This document shows positions 48,001 through 59,100 of a stretch of 64,000 nucleotides of DNA, piece by piece. The position numbers and the translations under genes are program-made. Below the pieces are notes generated by a model. It had not been told where the DNA came from. It did not search any database and saw nothing but the letters and a program-made list of their open reading frames with translations. Numbering within the stretch: position 1 is the stretch's first letter; the number at the start of each line of letters is the position of its first letter. This stretch comes from Psammoneis japonica (taxonomy: Eukaryota), in the NCBI GenBank assembly GCA_008632985.1, contig QPGO01000015.1:249998-313997 (forward strand), given 5' to 3'.

Positions 48001-48571
48001 GTTTTTCTACTTTGTGTCGCTTTCTCACTGAGCTTGTCATTATTCGTCAATGGTAAACCAGGGAAATCTGGGAATGCTCGATGCAGTTTGCTCAACATGG
48101 TTTGGTACAGCCAGCCTTTATGTTCATATGATTAATTTCATGCCAGTAACAGCAGCAACTTCTCAGTTGTTCGACAAGAGCTATGTTCGAGAGGAATTCA
48201 GAAACGTCCTGGCGGCCCTTTTGCCTACTACAGAAATGGCTTGGAAGGGCTTCGTCGTTTGCGATCAAGCAATCGTCGACCCATCGGCAGCATGGAAAGA
48301 TGCGCAGAGTTTGGTCAGCAATGAACTGGATGCATCGTTAAGCAAGAGCCAGGTGCTGTATTGGATAAGCACTCGACCCAAGTTCGATCTTGTTGCCCCT
48401 CTGTTTACGCCATCGTCCCCTGTAATATCAAAAAATGAGACCAACAAAAACGAACAGGACGACGTTTCTTCTTGTGAGAGCAATGACGGGTGTCTTAGTC
48501 TTGGGCTAAGGGGTAGCTGTTGTCCAACTACAAGTGGAATAATGCTGAGCTGCTGTGATTCAGAGAGGTAG
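45088..48571 (+). CDS. GH81 endo-1,3(4)-beta-glucanase, type II membrane anchored, multi-exon
   Basis: PFPTGAFWTN, LVQGSPYIT, YGFGKQVARLA, DFGNGW|YNDHHFHYG|Y, WFDGHSFASG, SQESSSEAVN. Cys-rich C-terminal module. Confidence 0.92.
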
Positions 48572-49127
48572 AGATCCTTTTCTTGTGGCTAATTCTTGCG
48601 GTGTTGGAAAGTGTAGCTAAGACGACATATCATGTTGAAGTGAAGTGCGTCGCACCCCACCCACTTCAAAGGAATAATCGACCCGCTTCAATGAAACCCA
48701 GATGTATCCCGCAGGAGCATATATTATACCATATATAACGTGCATAAGCTACTCACCGTCGGTACTTATCTATTTTCCTTCGCTTTTCTCTCTTTAGCTC
48801 TTCCTAGAGACTAGAGGGCTACTCTCCAGTTGCACCCCAACAAGGAGGTCTGTGTTTGTTGGCTGACTGTCTTATCCCCGTTCTCCAGTTCGTTCGCGGC
48901 CATCTATCCACTTTCCCGCCATTTTGTCTGGTCGCCGTCCGATCGCACAACCACAACACACACAATGCATGGAGCGGCGGGTGCGACCTTACGGTATTTC
49001 GGCAGAGAGGGAAGTCCAACAACGACTAACTGCGATATTCGCGGCAGCGGAAGCCTCTTGTTCGTATAAACTTTTCGTGTTTGATATTTGCTTCTGAATC
49101 AGTCAAGGGAATAGGTCGTCAGACAAA

Positions 49128-49511
49128 ATGATGCCGCTCTTTACTTCCTCATTGCGGAACGTGACGTTCCAATGGGGACTGCAAGCTTTCAACTACACGT
49201 CCCTTTGGCAATGTCGCGGCATGGCCAAGAGTGTACTCAAGACAAACAAGAGTGCAGCCAAACGTTTTCGCCTTAGAGGAAATGGTAGCATCAAGCGGTA
49301 AGCAAATTGTGGATTGGATTGTGTGAATCGGCAACTTCCTTCCGACGTTTCCTGACGTGTATTCATGGTATCTCGAGCTTATAGGAACAAGTCAGGCAAA
49401 TCCCATAATACTGGCTACAAAGGAAGAGCACGCGTTAATCGCCTCGCCAGTTCCACTTCCATCAGAGGGGCTGCCATTGAGAAACGCATGCGACGCCTCA
49501 TCGGCGCATAA
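49128..49511 (+). CDS. MRPL35: Mitochondrial ribosomal protein bL35m, 2 exons (absent from ORF track)
   Basis: Presequence then LKTNKSAAKRFRLRGNGSIKR | intron 49298-49384 | NKSGKSHNTGYKGRARVNRL...RRLIGA*. Confidence 0.88.
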
Positions 49512-49684
49512 CGGTCACGTTGGTCGTTAGGTTGATTGCGCGACATGCTGAAGCGGAATCCTTTGCAGTGGGATCAGCCTATCACTCAAGCTGAATTCTA
49601 ATCTCTAGTAGGCTTACTGGTACATTTGAATCCTGTCCAAAAGCGTGTGCGTTTGATTTGATTAGTGTCGATGCAAAATATGTT

Positions 49685-50918
49685 TTACTTGATCTTCTCC
49701 GTCAATTCTGGAATTGCCTCAAAAAGATCTGCCACCAAGCCATAGTCCGCCACCTGGAAAATTGGCGCCTCAGGATCCTTGTTGATGGCAACAATAGTTT
49801 TGAATCCTTCATACCAGACAAGTGTTGAATCGCACCAGAAATTCCCACCTTCATGATACATCGCTGAAATGTGAGACACAAATCGGGAGCAAATAGCAAT
49901 ACGGCACTTTGTCTACCAATTTCTAACTCACCGCAATATACAAATCAGGAGCCACAACTTTTCCGGTTTGGCCCACCTGCAGATCATTCGGGACAAAGCC
50001 AGCATCCACCGCTGCCCGTGAAGCTCCAACAGCAGCTCCCAACTTGTCCGCAAGTGCATCCAAAAGTGCAAAGTTTTCTCCCGACTTCATTCCGCGCCCA
50101 CCACTAATGACGACTGGTGCAGAACCAAGATCCGGGCGATCACTTTCCGACACGTCTTCTCCTACCCATTTGGAATTTTCAAAAGGAGTGGCGTCGAGTT
50201 GCTCCACCTCGACCGCAGACGATCCTCCATGGCGGCTTTCTCAAACGAGGTGGCGCGTACGGTCAGTACCTTGAGATCATCTTTTGCAACGACTTTTGCC
50301 AAGGCGTTTCCGGCGTACATGGGCCTTACAAACGTGTCTAGCAGTGCGAAAAGAAGAAAAATACCGCAATTTGATGGTTTAGCGGGCGACAGACATCGTG
50401 CATTAGTGACAATTTTGCAACTCAATCTTCTTTTTTCTGAGCATAAGTCAACCTCATATAGCGCAAGATAAAGCAAGAGTACATATAAGTGATTTACCTG
50501 GTTGTTCAATTTCAATGATATCTGTAACTGGCGCCACATCGAGCATAGCGGCAGCTCTCGGCATGACACTCGACCCAAACTTGGATGCGGGCGCGACAAT
50601 GTGCGAAAAGCTATTTGTCTCCTGCGCCTTTTGCACTGCATTCGCAACCGTTTCGATCAGTCGATCTCCAATAGGGGCGTGCAAGACCTTTGAGACACCC
50701 GCTGGAACACTTGTGGGAGCCTTCTCGCCCACCACCAGCAGCGAGATGGGCCCGTCGTTGAGTTGTTGAGCGGCAGTCACAGCGGATTGAGTTCCCGCCG
50801 ATGGGACAGCGTCATCCGATAAGGGTTCCGAAACGACTAGCGTAGATGCGAGACGGCGAGATGACGACAAAGCAAGTGAACGTCGCGCCAACAGGCAGCT
50901 GGAACGAAAGCCAATCAT
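49685..50918 (-). CDS. ETFA: Electron transfer flavoprotein alpha subunit; 2 introns and two apparent 1-nt frameshifts
   Basis: [83 protein letters not shown]. Confidence 0.95.
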
Positions 50919-50989
50919 GGTCGGTTGGATCTGGAAAATGCGAGGAGGTGAGAGGGATCTTATGCGATAAATAAGCTAATCGTGTGTAT

Positions 50990-51170
50990 TGAATAAGCAA
51001 AGTGTTCGTTAAAAACTAATTTTAGAGACAGGACAAAATAAGGTATTGGTATCAAAAATTCTTATTCTAAAAATATTTTCACTTCGATGAAAAGTATCGA
51101 CGATGCGAAGCCTAAATCTGATCGTCATCTTTTCATTTACACATCATTGAATACATTTTAATGAACGAAT
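50990..51170. promoter_or_regulatory. AT-rich island in the ETFA/thiolase divergent intergenic region (putative bidirectional promoter)
   Basis: Sharp AT enrichment between head-to-head starts; the same pattern recurs at 31540-31710, 54930-55040 and 61430-61620. Confidence 0.45.
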
Positions 51171-51360
51171 CCACGAATCAAGCGCGTCACATGATTAGTG
51201 ATGGCGGTTGTCAGAAAAAGCAGTCGCGTTGCCTCCCGTTGGATGCACAAGCCGAGTTGTCGCTGCCGGAAGAATCGAATCGAAACTGCATTGTCTGTCA
51301 TCGCGACAACGTGTTGTCTCAAGTCTAGAGATCATAAATTAACAAGAACAAGAAGGCGCA

Positions 51361-52654
51361 ATGTCGATTAGTGGAATTTTCGTTGTTGCTGCCAAGCGCA
51401 CTCCGTTCGGTGCCTTTGGTGGCTCACTCAAGGCCATATCGGCGACAGATCTCGGTGTTGTCTCTACGAAAGCTGCCTTGGAGCAGGGAAAGATCGATCC
51501 GGCCGCGGTCGACGCTGTGTACTTTGGCAATGTGATTCAGTCGTCACCCGACGCAGCGTATTTAGCACGTCATGTGGGGTTGCAGTGCGGCATGCCGATT
51601 TCGACGCCTGCCTTGACTCTCAATCGCCTGTGCGGCTCTGGTTATGAAACTGTCGTCCAGGGAGCAAACGCCATTCGATTGGGGGATGCTAGCATCGCAG
51701 TTTGTGGTGGAACTGAAAACATGTCAGCGGCGCCTCTTCAAGTGTCTGGAAACGATGCTCGTTGGGGTGTTAACCTCGGATCGGGAATGTCTATGCGTGA
51801 CGCATTGTGGGACGGCCTTACTGACTCCTTGTCCGATACACCCATGGGAATAACTGCTGAAAACCTTGCGGAAAAGCACGGAATTTCTCGTCAGGTGAGA
51901 ACGTTATCAGTAGAGATATTTCTGAGTCGCTTCTCGTCAATACTAAATATTTACTCACAAATCTTTTCTGCACTAATTGCGGTTTGCGTTACAGGAGTGT
52001 GATGAATTTGCAATTCGAAGCCAGACCACATGGCAAGAGGCAAAGGAGAAAGGCATATTTGACCTTGAAATCGCGCCGGTTGAAATCAAAACCAGAAAGG
52101 GAACAATGGTTGTGGATACCGACGAGCATCCCAGGCCTGAAACTACTCTGGAAAAAATTGCTTCTCTCAAACCAGTCTTCAAAAAGGACGGTGTCGTGAC
52201 TGCTGCCAACGCTTCTGGAATTTGCGATGGAGCTGGAACTATCATTTTGGCGTCTGAAGCTGCTGTCAAGGAACACAACTTGACGCCCCTTGCCCGTCTG
52301 ACGTCTTTTGGTGTTGTCGGCTGTGAACCAACCGAGATGGGAATTGGACCCGTTCCCGCTATTCAAATGGCAATGCAGCGGAGAGGAATTTCGCTCGCAG
52401 ACGTTGACCGTGTGGAAATTAACGAGGCGTTCGCTGCACAGTTCCTGGCTTGTGCAAAGGAACTCGAGCTAGACATGAGCAAGACGAATCTTCATGGAGG
52501 AGCCATTTCCCTGGGTCATCCGCTTGGCGCGTCTGGAAGCCGTATCGTGGCCCATCTTGCAAATGAGTTCCAACAAAGCGATGGAAATATTCATGTGGGC
52601 GCAGCCTGCATTGGAGGCGGACAAGGCATTGCGGTCGTTCTCGAACGTGCTTGA
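51361..52654 (+). CDS. 3-ketoacyl-CoA thiolase (ACAA2-like), 2 exons
   Basis: KRTPFG, NRLCGSG, NEAFA, GHPLGASG, CIGGGQG. Intron 51895-51994. Confidence 0.95.
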
Positions 52655-52771
52655 TAAGTCTCTGTCGTCAATGTGCACCTACTTTGCCTTACCTTACAAT
52701 GCCTAAACTAGAAAAGGCACTTTCACGTGCTCTATTGATTGCTACTAGAGAGCTAGTTAATCATAAAGGAG

Positions 52772-53584
52772 CTACTCATCATCAGTAGTTGAAGTTGAAT
52801 CGAACCATCTACCAAGGGCTATTGCGTCCATTGTCACAGCAAAGTAGCATGGTCCTGTGATACTCGAGAGCGCTAGGTCCCGATAGTTCTCTCCCAAGAT
52901 AACCTCTGCAATCTTAGCAAGAGGAGTGGATGCGGTGGCAAGGTCCTTTAGAGGAAGATAGTCGCCTGCCTCGGGCAAGTAATGCCAGAATCCGTTAGCT
53001 ACAAACGGAAGCTCTGACAACGGACCACCGATGCCGGTTATTATACCTGATAAAAGTGCCGAAAGCGTCCCATCTAGAGTGATCCATTGTATTACAGCTG
53101 CTGCTGCCATTACAAGCAGATTGTTGGTTTCGCTTGACCCATGAAGTGGCAATGCATCCAAAGCGTGAGGGTGAGTTTCTAAGAATTCCGACAGCTTGAT
53201 AATTAGAGCGGTTGTTGCTACAGCCAATATTGCTTTTCTTTGTAGTCTTTTGGCTCCGACAGAAAGCTTGGGTATGCTATTTTCATCTCGATGAAGCAAC
53301 GCTTCGAACAGTCTCGGCAAAATCCCCCCCAAAACAACGTACGCAATTCCCAATAGCGGCGGGACAGCCCAAGAGGTACAAAAGAAAAAATCGCTTGCTG
53401 TACTGAAAAAATCTTCGTTTGCGATGAAGGGCGGCCATCCCAATGATACAGGTGCGAAGTCATACGTTAAAAGGCACTGATTGTGGAGCGAGTCAACGAC
53501 TGGACCCACCGTTGTACCTGTGAGAAAGAGCCTTGCTGACGTGCCGAAACTAGGGAGTACCGCACGAGGCAATGTTCCTTTCAT
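52772..53584 (-). CDS. Multi-pass membrane protein (possibly INSIG-like family)
   Basis: Several TM helices; VDSLH, WAVPPLLG, GPLSE and W.Y motifs. The 5' end is uncertain. Confidence 0.6.
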   Translation of the reverse strand: MKGTLPRAVLPSFGTSARLFLTGTTVGPVVDSLHNQCLLTYDFAPVSLGWPPFIANEDFFSTASDFFFCTSWAVPPLLGIAYVVLGGILPRLFEALLHRDENSIPKLSVGAKRLQRKAILAVATTALIIKLSEFLETHPHALDALPLHGSSETNNLLVMAAAAVIQWITLDGTLSALLSGIITGIGGPLSELPFVANGFWHYLPEAGDYLPLKDLATASTPLAKIAEVILGENYRDLALSSITGPCYFAVTMDAIALGRWFDSTSTTDDE

Positions 53585-53819
53585 TGCGATGTTCTATGAA
53601 TAATTTAGATCGAGAATACTGATGGAAAGATTATCGTAACGTGGGTTTACAGTCGCCATTTTCTCTACAGTACATTGCATTTTATCCCGTCCAACGTTGC
53701 AATGTGAATGACGTGGCATAGTCTAGTGGTCATTCGCGTGAGTTTTGTCGGATGGTTTTGAGTTTCATTTCTCAAAAAAATGATGACGCGTCTGTCCCTG
53801 GCCCGATTTTGTTCACGGC

Positions 53820-53950
53820 AGAGAGTAGAAGAGCTCTACTCTACTACCTGTAGGACTAGCTAGAAAGAGTAGAGAGACGAGAGCTCTACTCTCTAGCTAG
53901 CTCTCTAGTCCTACTGTAGAGTAGAGGCCCTTCTCTCTCTAGAGATACTA
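53820..53950. other. CTAG/TAG-rich quasi-palindromic island
   Basis: Dense CTAG, CTCTA and TAGAG words forming an imperfect inverted repeat at ~53834-53926. Confidence 0.7.
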
Positions 53951-54259
53951 AAAGGTAGTCAATTGTTGAATGATTGAGATTGCTGTTTGCTTTCCTGCTT
54001 CCTGCTGTTATTGAGCTAAACATTCGCAGTACCGTAGTTTCTACCGTGTACCACCACAAGGAATAGAAACGGCATCATCTATCATCAAAATTTTAACTGC
54101 CGACTCGACTGTTGGATTCAAGATAGCGTCTTGCACGACGCGTACTTTGTTGACGGTCGAATGAACACTCATCATTATTTCATTATACGACAACAGTTCG
54201 CTAGCAAGTACGATACTTTACAATGAACATTTTCTATTTTAATTTTTTCTGTTCGACAG

Positions 54260-54314
54260 CATAGACTGGTCTCCAATTGCAAGCGACATAGACTGGTCTC
54301 CAATTGCAAGCGAC
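54260..54314. repeat. 27-bp perfect tandem duplication
   Basis: CATAGACTGGTCTCCAATTGCAAGCGA x2. Confidence 0.9.
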
Positions 54315-54394
54315 TTCTTTTGAAAAAACCAGAAAAGAAGAGCGGTACCAGCAACAGAAAAAAATTCCAAAATAAACCAGCTTCGTTCACCGTC

Positions 54395-54697
54395 TTAGTC
54401 AGCCTTGGGAATGTAATCTTTCCAGTTAAATGGAAGCTTATGCTTAAGTGTGACTTCCCCTGTTCTTGGATCTTGCACAATGTCTTCTCGAAGACGAATG
54501 CGATACCGCCTGTGCTTCATTCGCTTCTTAGATCTCGTCACTTTTTTCTTTGGGACGGCAAACCACAATGCTTGATCAAATAAAGAGGGTGCTTCTGGAA
54601 ACAGCGAAGGGGAGATACCTGCCATTTGATAAGAAGGAAATGGTCTATACACACAAAGTGTCAGGGATTCTGAGATTATTTGAAGTGCTCTCCACAT
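54395..54697 (-). CDS. MRPL32: Mitochondrial ribosomal protein bL32m
   Basis: Presequence then AVPKKKVTRSKKRMK...DPRTGEVTLKHKL (Cys-less variant). Confidence 0.85.
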   Translation of the reverse strand: MWRALQIISESLTLCVYRPFPSYQMAGISPSLFPEAPSLFDQALWFAVPKKKVTRSKKRMKHRRYRIRLREDIVQDPRTGEVTLKHKLPFNWKDYIPKAD

Positions 54698-55353
54698 GGT
54701 GACGCGAAAACAAAGCACCAATGATCAAATGTTGAACTTGTTGCAGTTTTATGCAGCGGCCTTCTCTGCTTTTATGAACGGATGGGAAGTCCTTTCGGGC
54801 AGATAGTCTTCTGCAAACAATGGGAACAAACCAGCAAAAGCCTAGCAACAGCAAACACAAGAGACACTGTCAACACGAAACACGACACTGCACACGCGAG
54901 AGTGTCTGCGTTGTTGCGTGCCTCGATTATTAGAAGTATTTTTGTACAAAAATGTGATAGTGATTCATTCAATCATGTATGTATAATATATGATGGAGTT
55001 TTCTACTAATATTCGTATATTTACTTTTATCTATTTTGGTAGATCCTATGGTCCAGCCGCCAGCCGGCCATGGCATGAGCCGAGCAGCCGGCCGAGCGAG
55101 GCAGGATACCGGTAAGTAGACCTAGACCAGAAAAAAAATTGGATGAGAAACATGCTTGAGGTGACTTCTACTAAACTTAGTAGAAGTACAGTACCTGGTA
55201 GCAATCCCGGTGTTGCGCTTCGTAACGTGAGAAAAAGATAGAAGAATAAAACTGCTGCTGAACAGAGGTGGAGAAGGACAATAATTATTGTTGACATTGT
55301 TGAAAGTTCGACTCGGTGCGGTGCGTAAAACGGTTTCCCATTTCCCAGCGACA

Positions 55354-55752
55354 ATGGAGGGGGGCAGTAGAAATGTTAAGGAAGCACCAATCGGCAGCAG
55401 CAGGCACGCATCGAATGTGGGCGGTGCGACGGGACCACAAGCTGGATTGCCTGATCGAGGGCGCTCTATAATGAGGGATGATATTCTGAGCAAGGATTAT
55501 GTTCACATTGCGGATCTTATGTCACAATTCGATTGTCAGGTAAAATCTTTCGCTTCGAATATGGGCGAGTTGATCGAGACTGTGCCTGCAAACGACGCGA
55601 TGACAGCGATGTGGGAATCTCTCGCTAACCCTACGGCCATCAGAAAACATGCCAATCGCAGCGAGGAAACCATGCGCGACTTGGACACAGTAACTGTACG
55701 GGGCGAAAACGATGAAGACACAAATGATCCCATTTTGCTTTTGAAAAGCTGA
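55354..55752 (+). CDS. Small hypothetical protein
   Basis: ATG-started ORF between an AT-rich promoter-like island and a TAG-rich island. Confidence 0.45.
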   Translation: MEGGSRNVKEAPIGSSRHASNVGGATGPQAGLPDRGRSIMRDDILSKDYVHIADLMSQFDCQVKSFASNMGELIETVPANDAMTAMWESLANPTAIRKHANRSEETMRDLDTVTVRGENDEDTNDPILLLKS

Positions 55753-56152
55753 GTTATTGAACGAGAAAAAGTTCTATGCGTCAATTCTCGGGTACCATAA
55801 GTTTCGTTCGACTTAATGATGAAATTATAGACATGGGGACCAGCTCATGCTACCGAAACTCCAACCCGTCGCATTTAGTCTACAGTAGGGCCCTAGAGCG
55901 GTCTTTCAGAGAAAGCACTGTAACGGGAGTAGTAGCAGAAGACTAGTCGTATTTTATTCGCCAGACTAACCATTACGCAAAGTAAAACAAGAGAAATGCT
56001 GATATTTCCGAATTTTGTAGTAGTTGCCATGGACGCGCGTGGCAATCACAGGGGCTCGGAAAATTCAATACCGTAACAGCGAAAGTTCACTAATATAGTG
56101 GTTTCGTTACCTATCAGATGCGCTACTCACTACGGGTGTGAATCAACGCTTT

Positions 56153-59100
56153 CTAGTATTGTCCTCTGTATATGTGATGCTTTTGATAGCCCTGATATAC
56201 TGATCGAAACAAAGCCTTCCCAGTTGAATGCATCAAAGCATTCAATTGTTTCGTCTCGAACTCGCTCATCATGTCCAGAATGTGATATATTGCCGGAACT
56301 AGTTTGTTTTTCAGTGATGCATCCATCTCACTTCGAAGTGCATGGATGAACTCAAGGACGATCCCCAGGATGTGCTTCTTGAATACGTCTTTGTGGGGTG
56401 ACAGTAGCTCACAAATTCTTGCGAACTGTTTTGCTCGCCTAGTCCTTTCGAGTTCATTCAACGAGCTCGGGAGGACACCCATAAAGAGTGATCGCATCGT
56501 GCTTGTCAAAGAAGGCGCGCATGTACTCAGTTGCTTTGGAAATCGTTGGAGGAGTGAAGCCACTAGAGAGCAGCACATATTGAACACATTGTTGTTCTCT
56601 GTTTGAGAAGTTCTCGAACGTTCAAATGCCAGTGACGCATTCACGCTAGAGAGGATGGTGGCAAGATCTCGCTCTCTCAAGACGACAACATCTTTGTTTT
56701 CCATCATCGCGAGAATTGCTTTTGTTGCCACTTGAACGCACACCCCTTCCGACAAAGATGCTTCGCCTGTACTCGGGGCGAACAGATCCAGCGAAAGGGA
56801 TAACAGGCTACGAGAAACTTCTGATAGAATTTCGCGCTGCTCCAGACCCTTCAAGCTCAAAAGAAGAAGAGTGTACACGTGTACGGAACACAGGGTGGAG
56901 TCAACGCGATGGGAAGTTCGCGTGAGTACGAGTATTTGATGAAGAAAGCTTCGGAGCGTATCAGTATCTAAATTGGTAGCAATTCCAGACATCGCTGCAT
57001 TCAACAATGGTGATGGCTCTCCAGCGGAGGACAGAAACCGGCTTCGCACAATTGTGAGGAAAGCACTGGAAATATCTGAAGACCACACTTTCTGAAACAC
57101 GGTGCAGCTATCACCGAAAACACACGCAAGAAAATACATGGCGCTGCTTCTGAGGTTGGAATCGGCCTTACCGCCCTCCTCCGACAGAGCGCAAAGCACA
57201 CTTTTGCAGATGTGCGCCGCACTGTTGAAGATTTCGGCTTTCTGGTCGGCGTCAAATCCACAGTCGTACGTACCAAGAACACGTATCATATCTCCAAGGA
57301 GCACCATGCATTCAGCTTGCGTAAAAGTGTCGTTCGAGATGGTGTCGCTTTCTTCCACTGTACTAGTAACCATGAATTTCCATAGGTGGCTGTAAACGGA
57401 CTGTACAAGTCTCACTATCACATCGGAGGCGAGCATTACCTGTCTCTCTGGTTCATCTTGTGACTGCGCGGCGTGCTGTCTGTACTGATTGCTCAATGTC
57501 AAAATCCTTTTCATTACAGGTCCGGCAAGATTGACCCGAACGCGGCAACCAACATCATCGGTAGAGCTCCTGAGGAGATCATCGAAAGCCTTCACGAAAA
57601 TGTTCGCCTGTTGAGAAACCGTGACGCAATGAGAAAATATTGCATCAACCAGTTGCCCAGTTTCCATCAGCAAGCGTTTTTGGTCTCTTGAGGAGTACGG
57701 TGAAGCGAGCATAGCCATAGCAGATCGGCAAATGCCGTTCATGATAGTGCGGAGGCATTCATCATTTTTCGTCCCGATCCATGGTTGAGTGTTGTTGTTC
57801 AATGCCATAGTGGCTGCTTTTCTAGCGGCACATGCAATCTGGACTATCCTCACATTGCTGTGGAGGGACGTACATGCTGAATGTAGAAGCCAAGAAAACA
57901 CGTCAAGCCTCATGGCCGAGTCCAACTGAATGGAATGGTCGGCGCTGCTTTGAGACATTTCCGCTGCCGCGTTCAACACAGAAAGAATCCGCAATCCGCG
58001 AGATGCTTCCTTATCCTTTAAGGACTCCATTGTAAATTGATTGTGCTTTGGCATCCCTTTCGTTGAGAAGAGCATTGTCAAATCCCCTGCGGAAAGAGGA
58101 CTCCACGATGAATCGTCTGGAATGGAGAAGAGGTTAATATCCTTGAAAAAAAGGGTGTTCTGATTGTGTGTCGATGGGATTGGGTCGATCATGGATTCCT
58201 GGAACATGCGTAAAGCACACGAGTAACCAACTCGTACAAACCACGTTGCTACAGCCCCGACTTCAAAGAAAGATGCGTCTCTCAATAAAGATGTCGTCAC
58301 CCGACGGTCGTGAGAAAGAACGTCATAGGCTACCGGCTCACCAGAAGGGAAGACGGATACGTTGACTCTCTCACTCTGACCACTATGTTCATCAGGAACT
58401 GCAAGCGTGTAGAAGAACCATCTCAGAAACGTCTTAACGTGCAATGTCTCCGAATAGGCAGCCCAGAATGGGATTGTCTGAGCAAGAATCGTCCATCGAC
58501 TTCGAGATAATTCAGATTCCAGGTAGGATTGATTTTCATTATCGTTGTTGGCTTCATGACCAGCACTAGCAACTTGAAAAGCAAACTTTACCAAGCTGCG
58601 AGCTTCCTCAATGAGCTCGGTACTTCCTTCTTCTATTGAATCCTCGCCTGTTCTCTCAACTTGACCACGATCGTAAATCTTAGAATAAAGGTACTGAATT
58701 CGATAACAGGCAAGAAACTGTAACTCCCTGAGTGAAGAATTGAAAGTGCTGGCGCGGTTGGCTGATGCTAGCGAGCTTTTCCTTTGGCTGCTAACAGATT
58801 GAACAGCATTGCTGAGAAAAGCAGAGATTTTCTCATTCACCGCGACTGCTTCGGTATTCCTCTCGTTTTCTCCTCCCAACCAGAATTCGCATCGAGTCTG
58901 GAGATCGACAAGCCAACCAGCTAGAACGAGCCCATGTTTTATCCGACTGATACATTGGGAAACGCCACTTTCTGTCGCGATAGAGTTCTCCGACAAAAGA
59001 GGAAGAGTCGATGCCTTGAGAGTGTCTTGGCAAAATCGAGCGATGTTCAAGGCTGTGTATTGGTCAACTCTGACGTTTCGGATAACAAGAATAAAAATGT

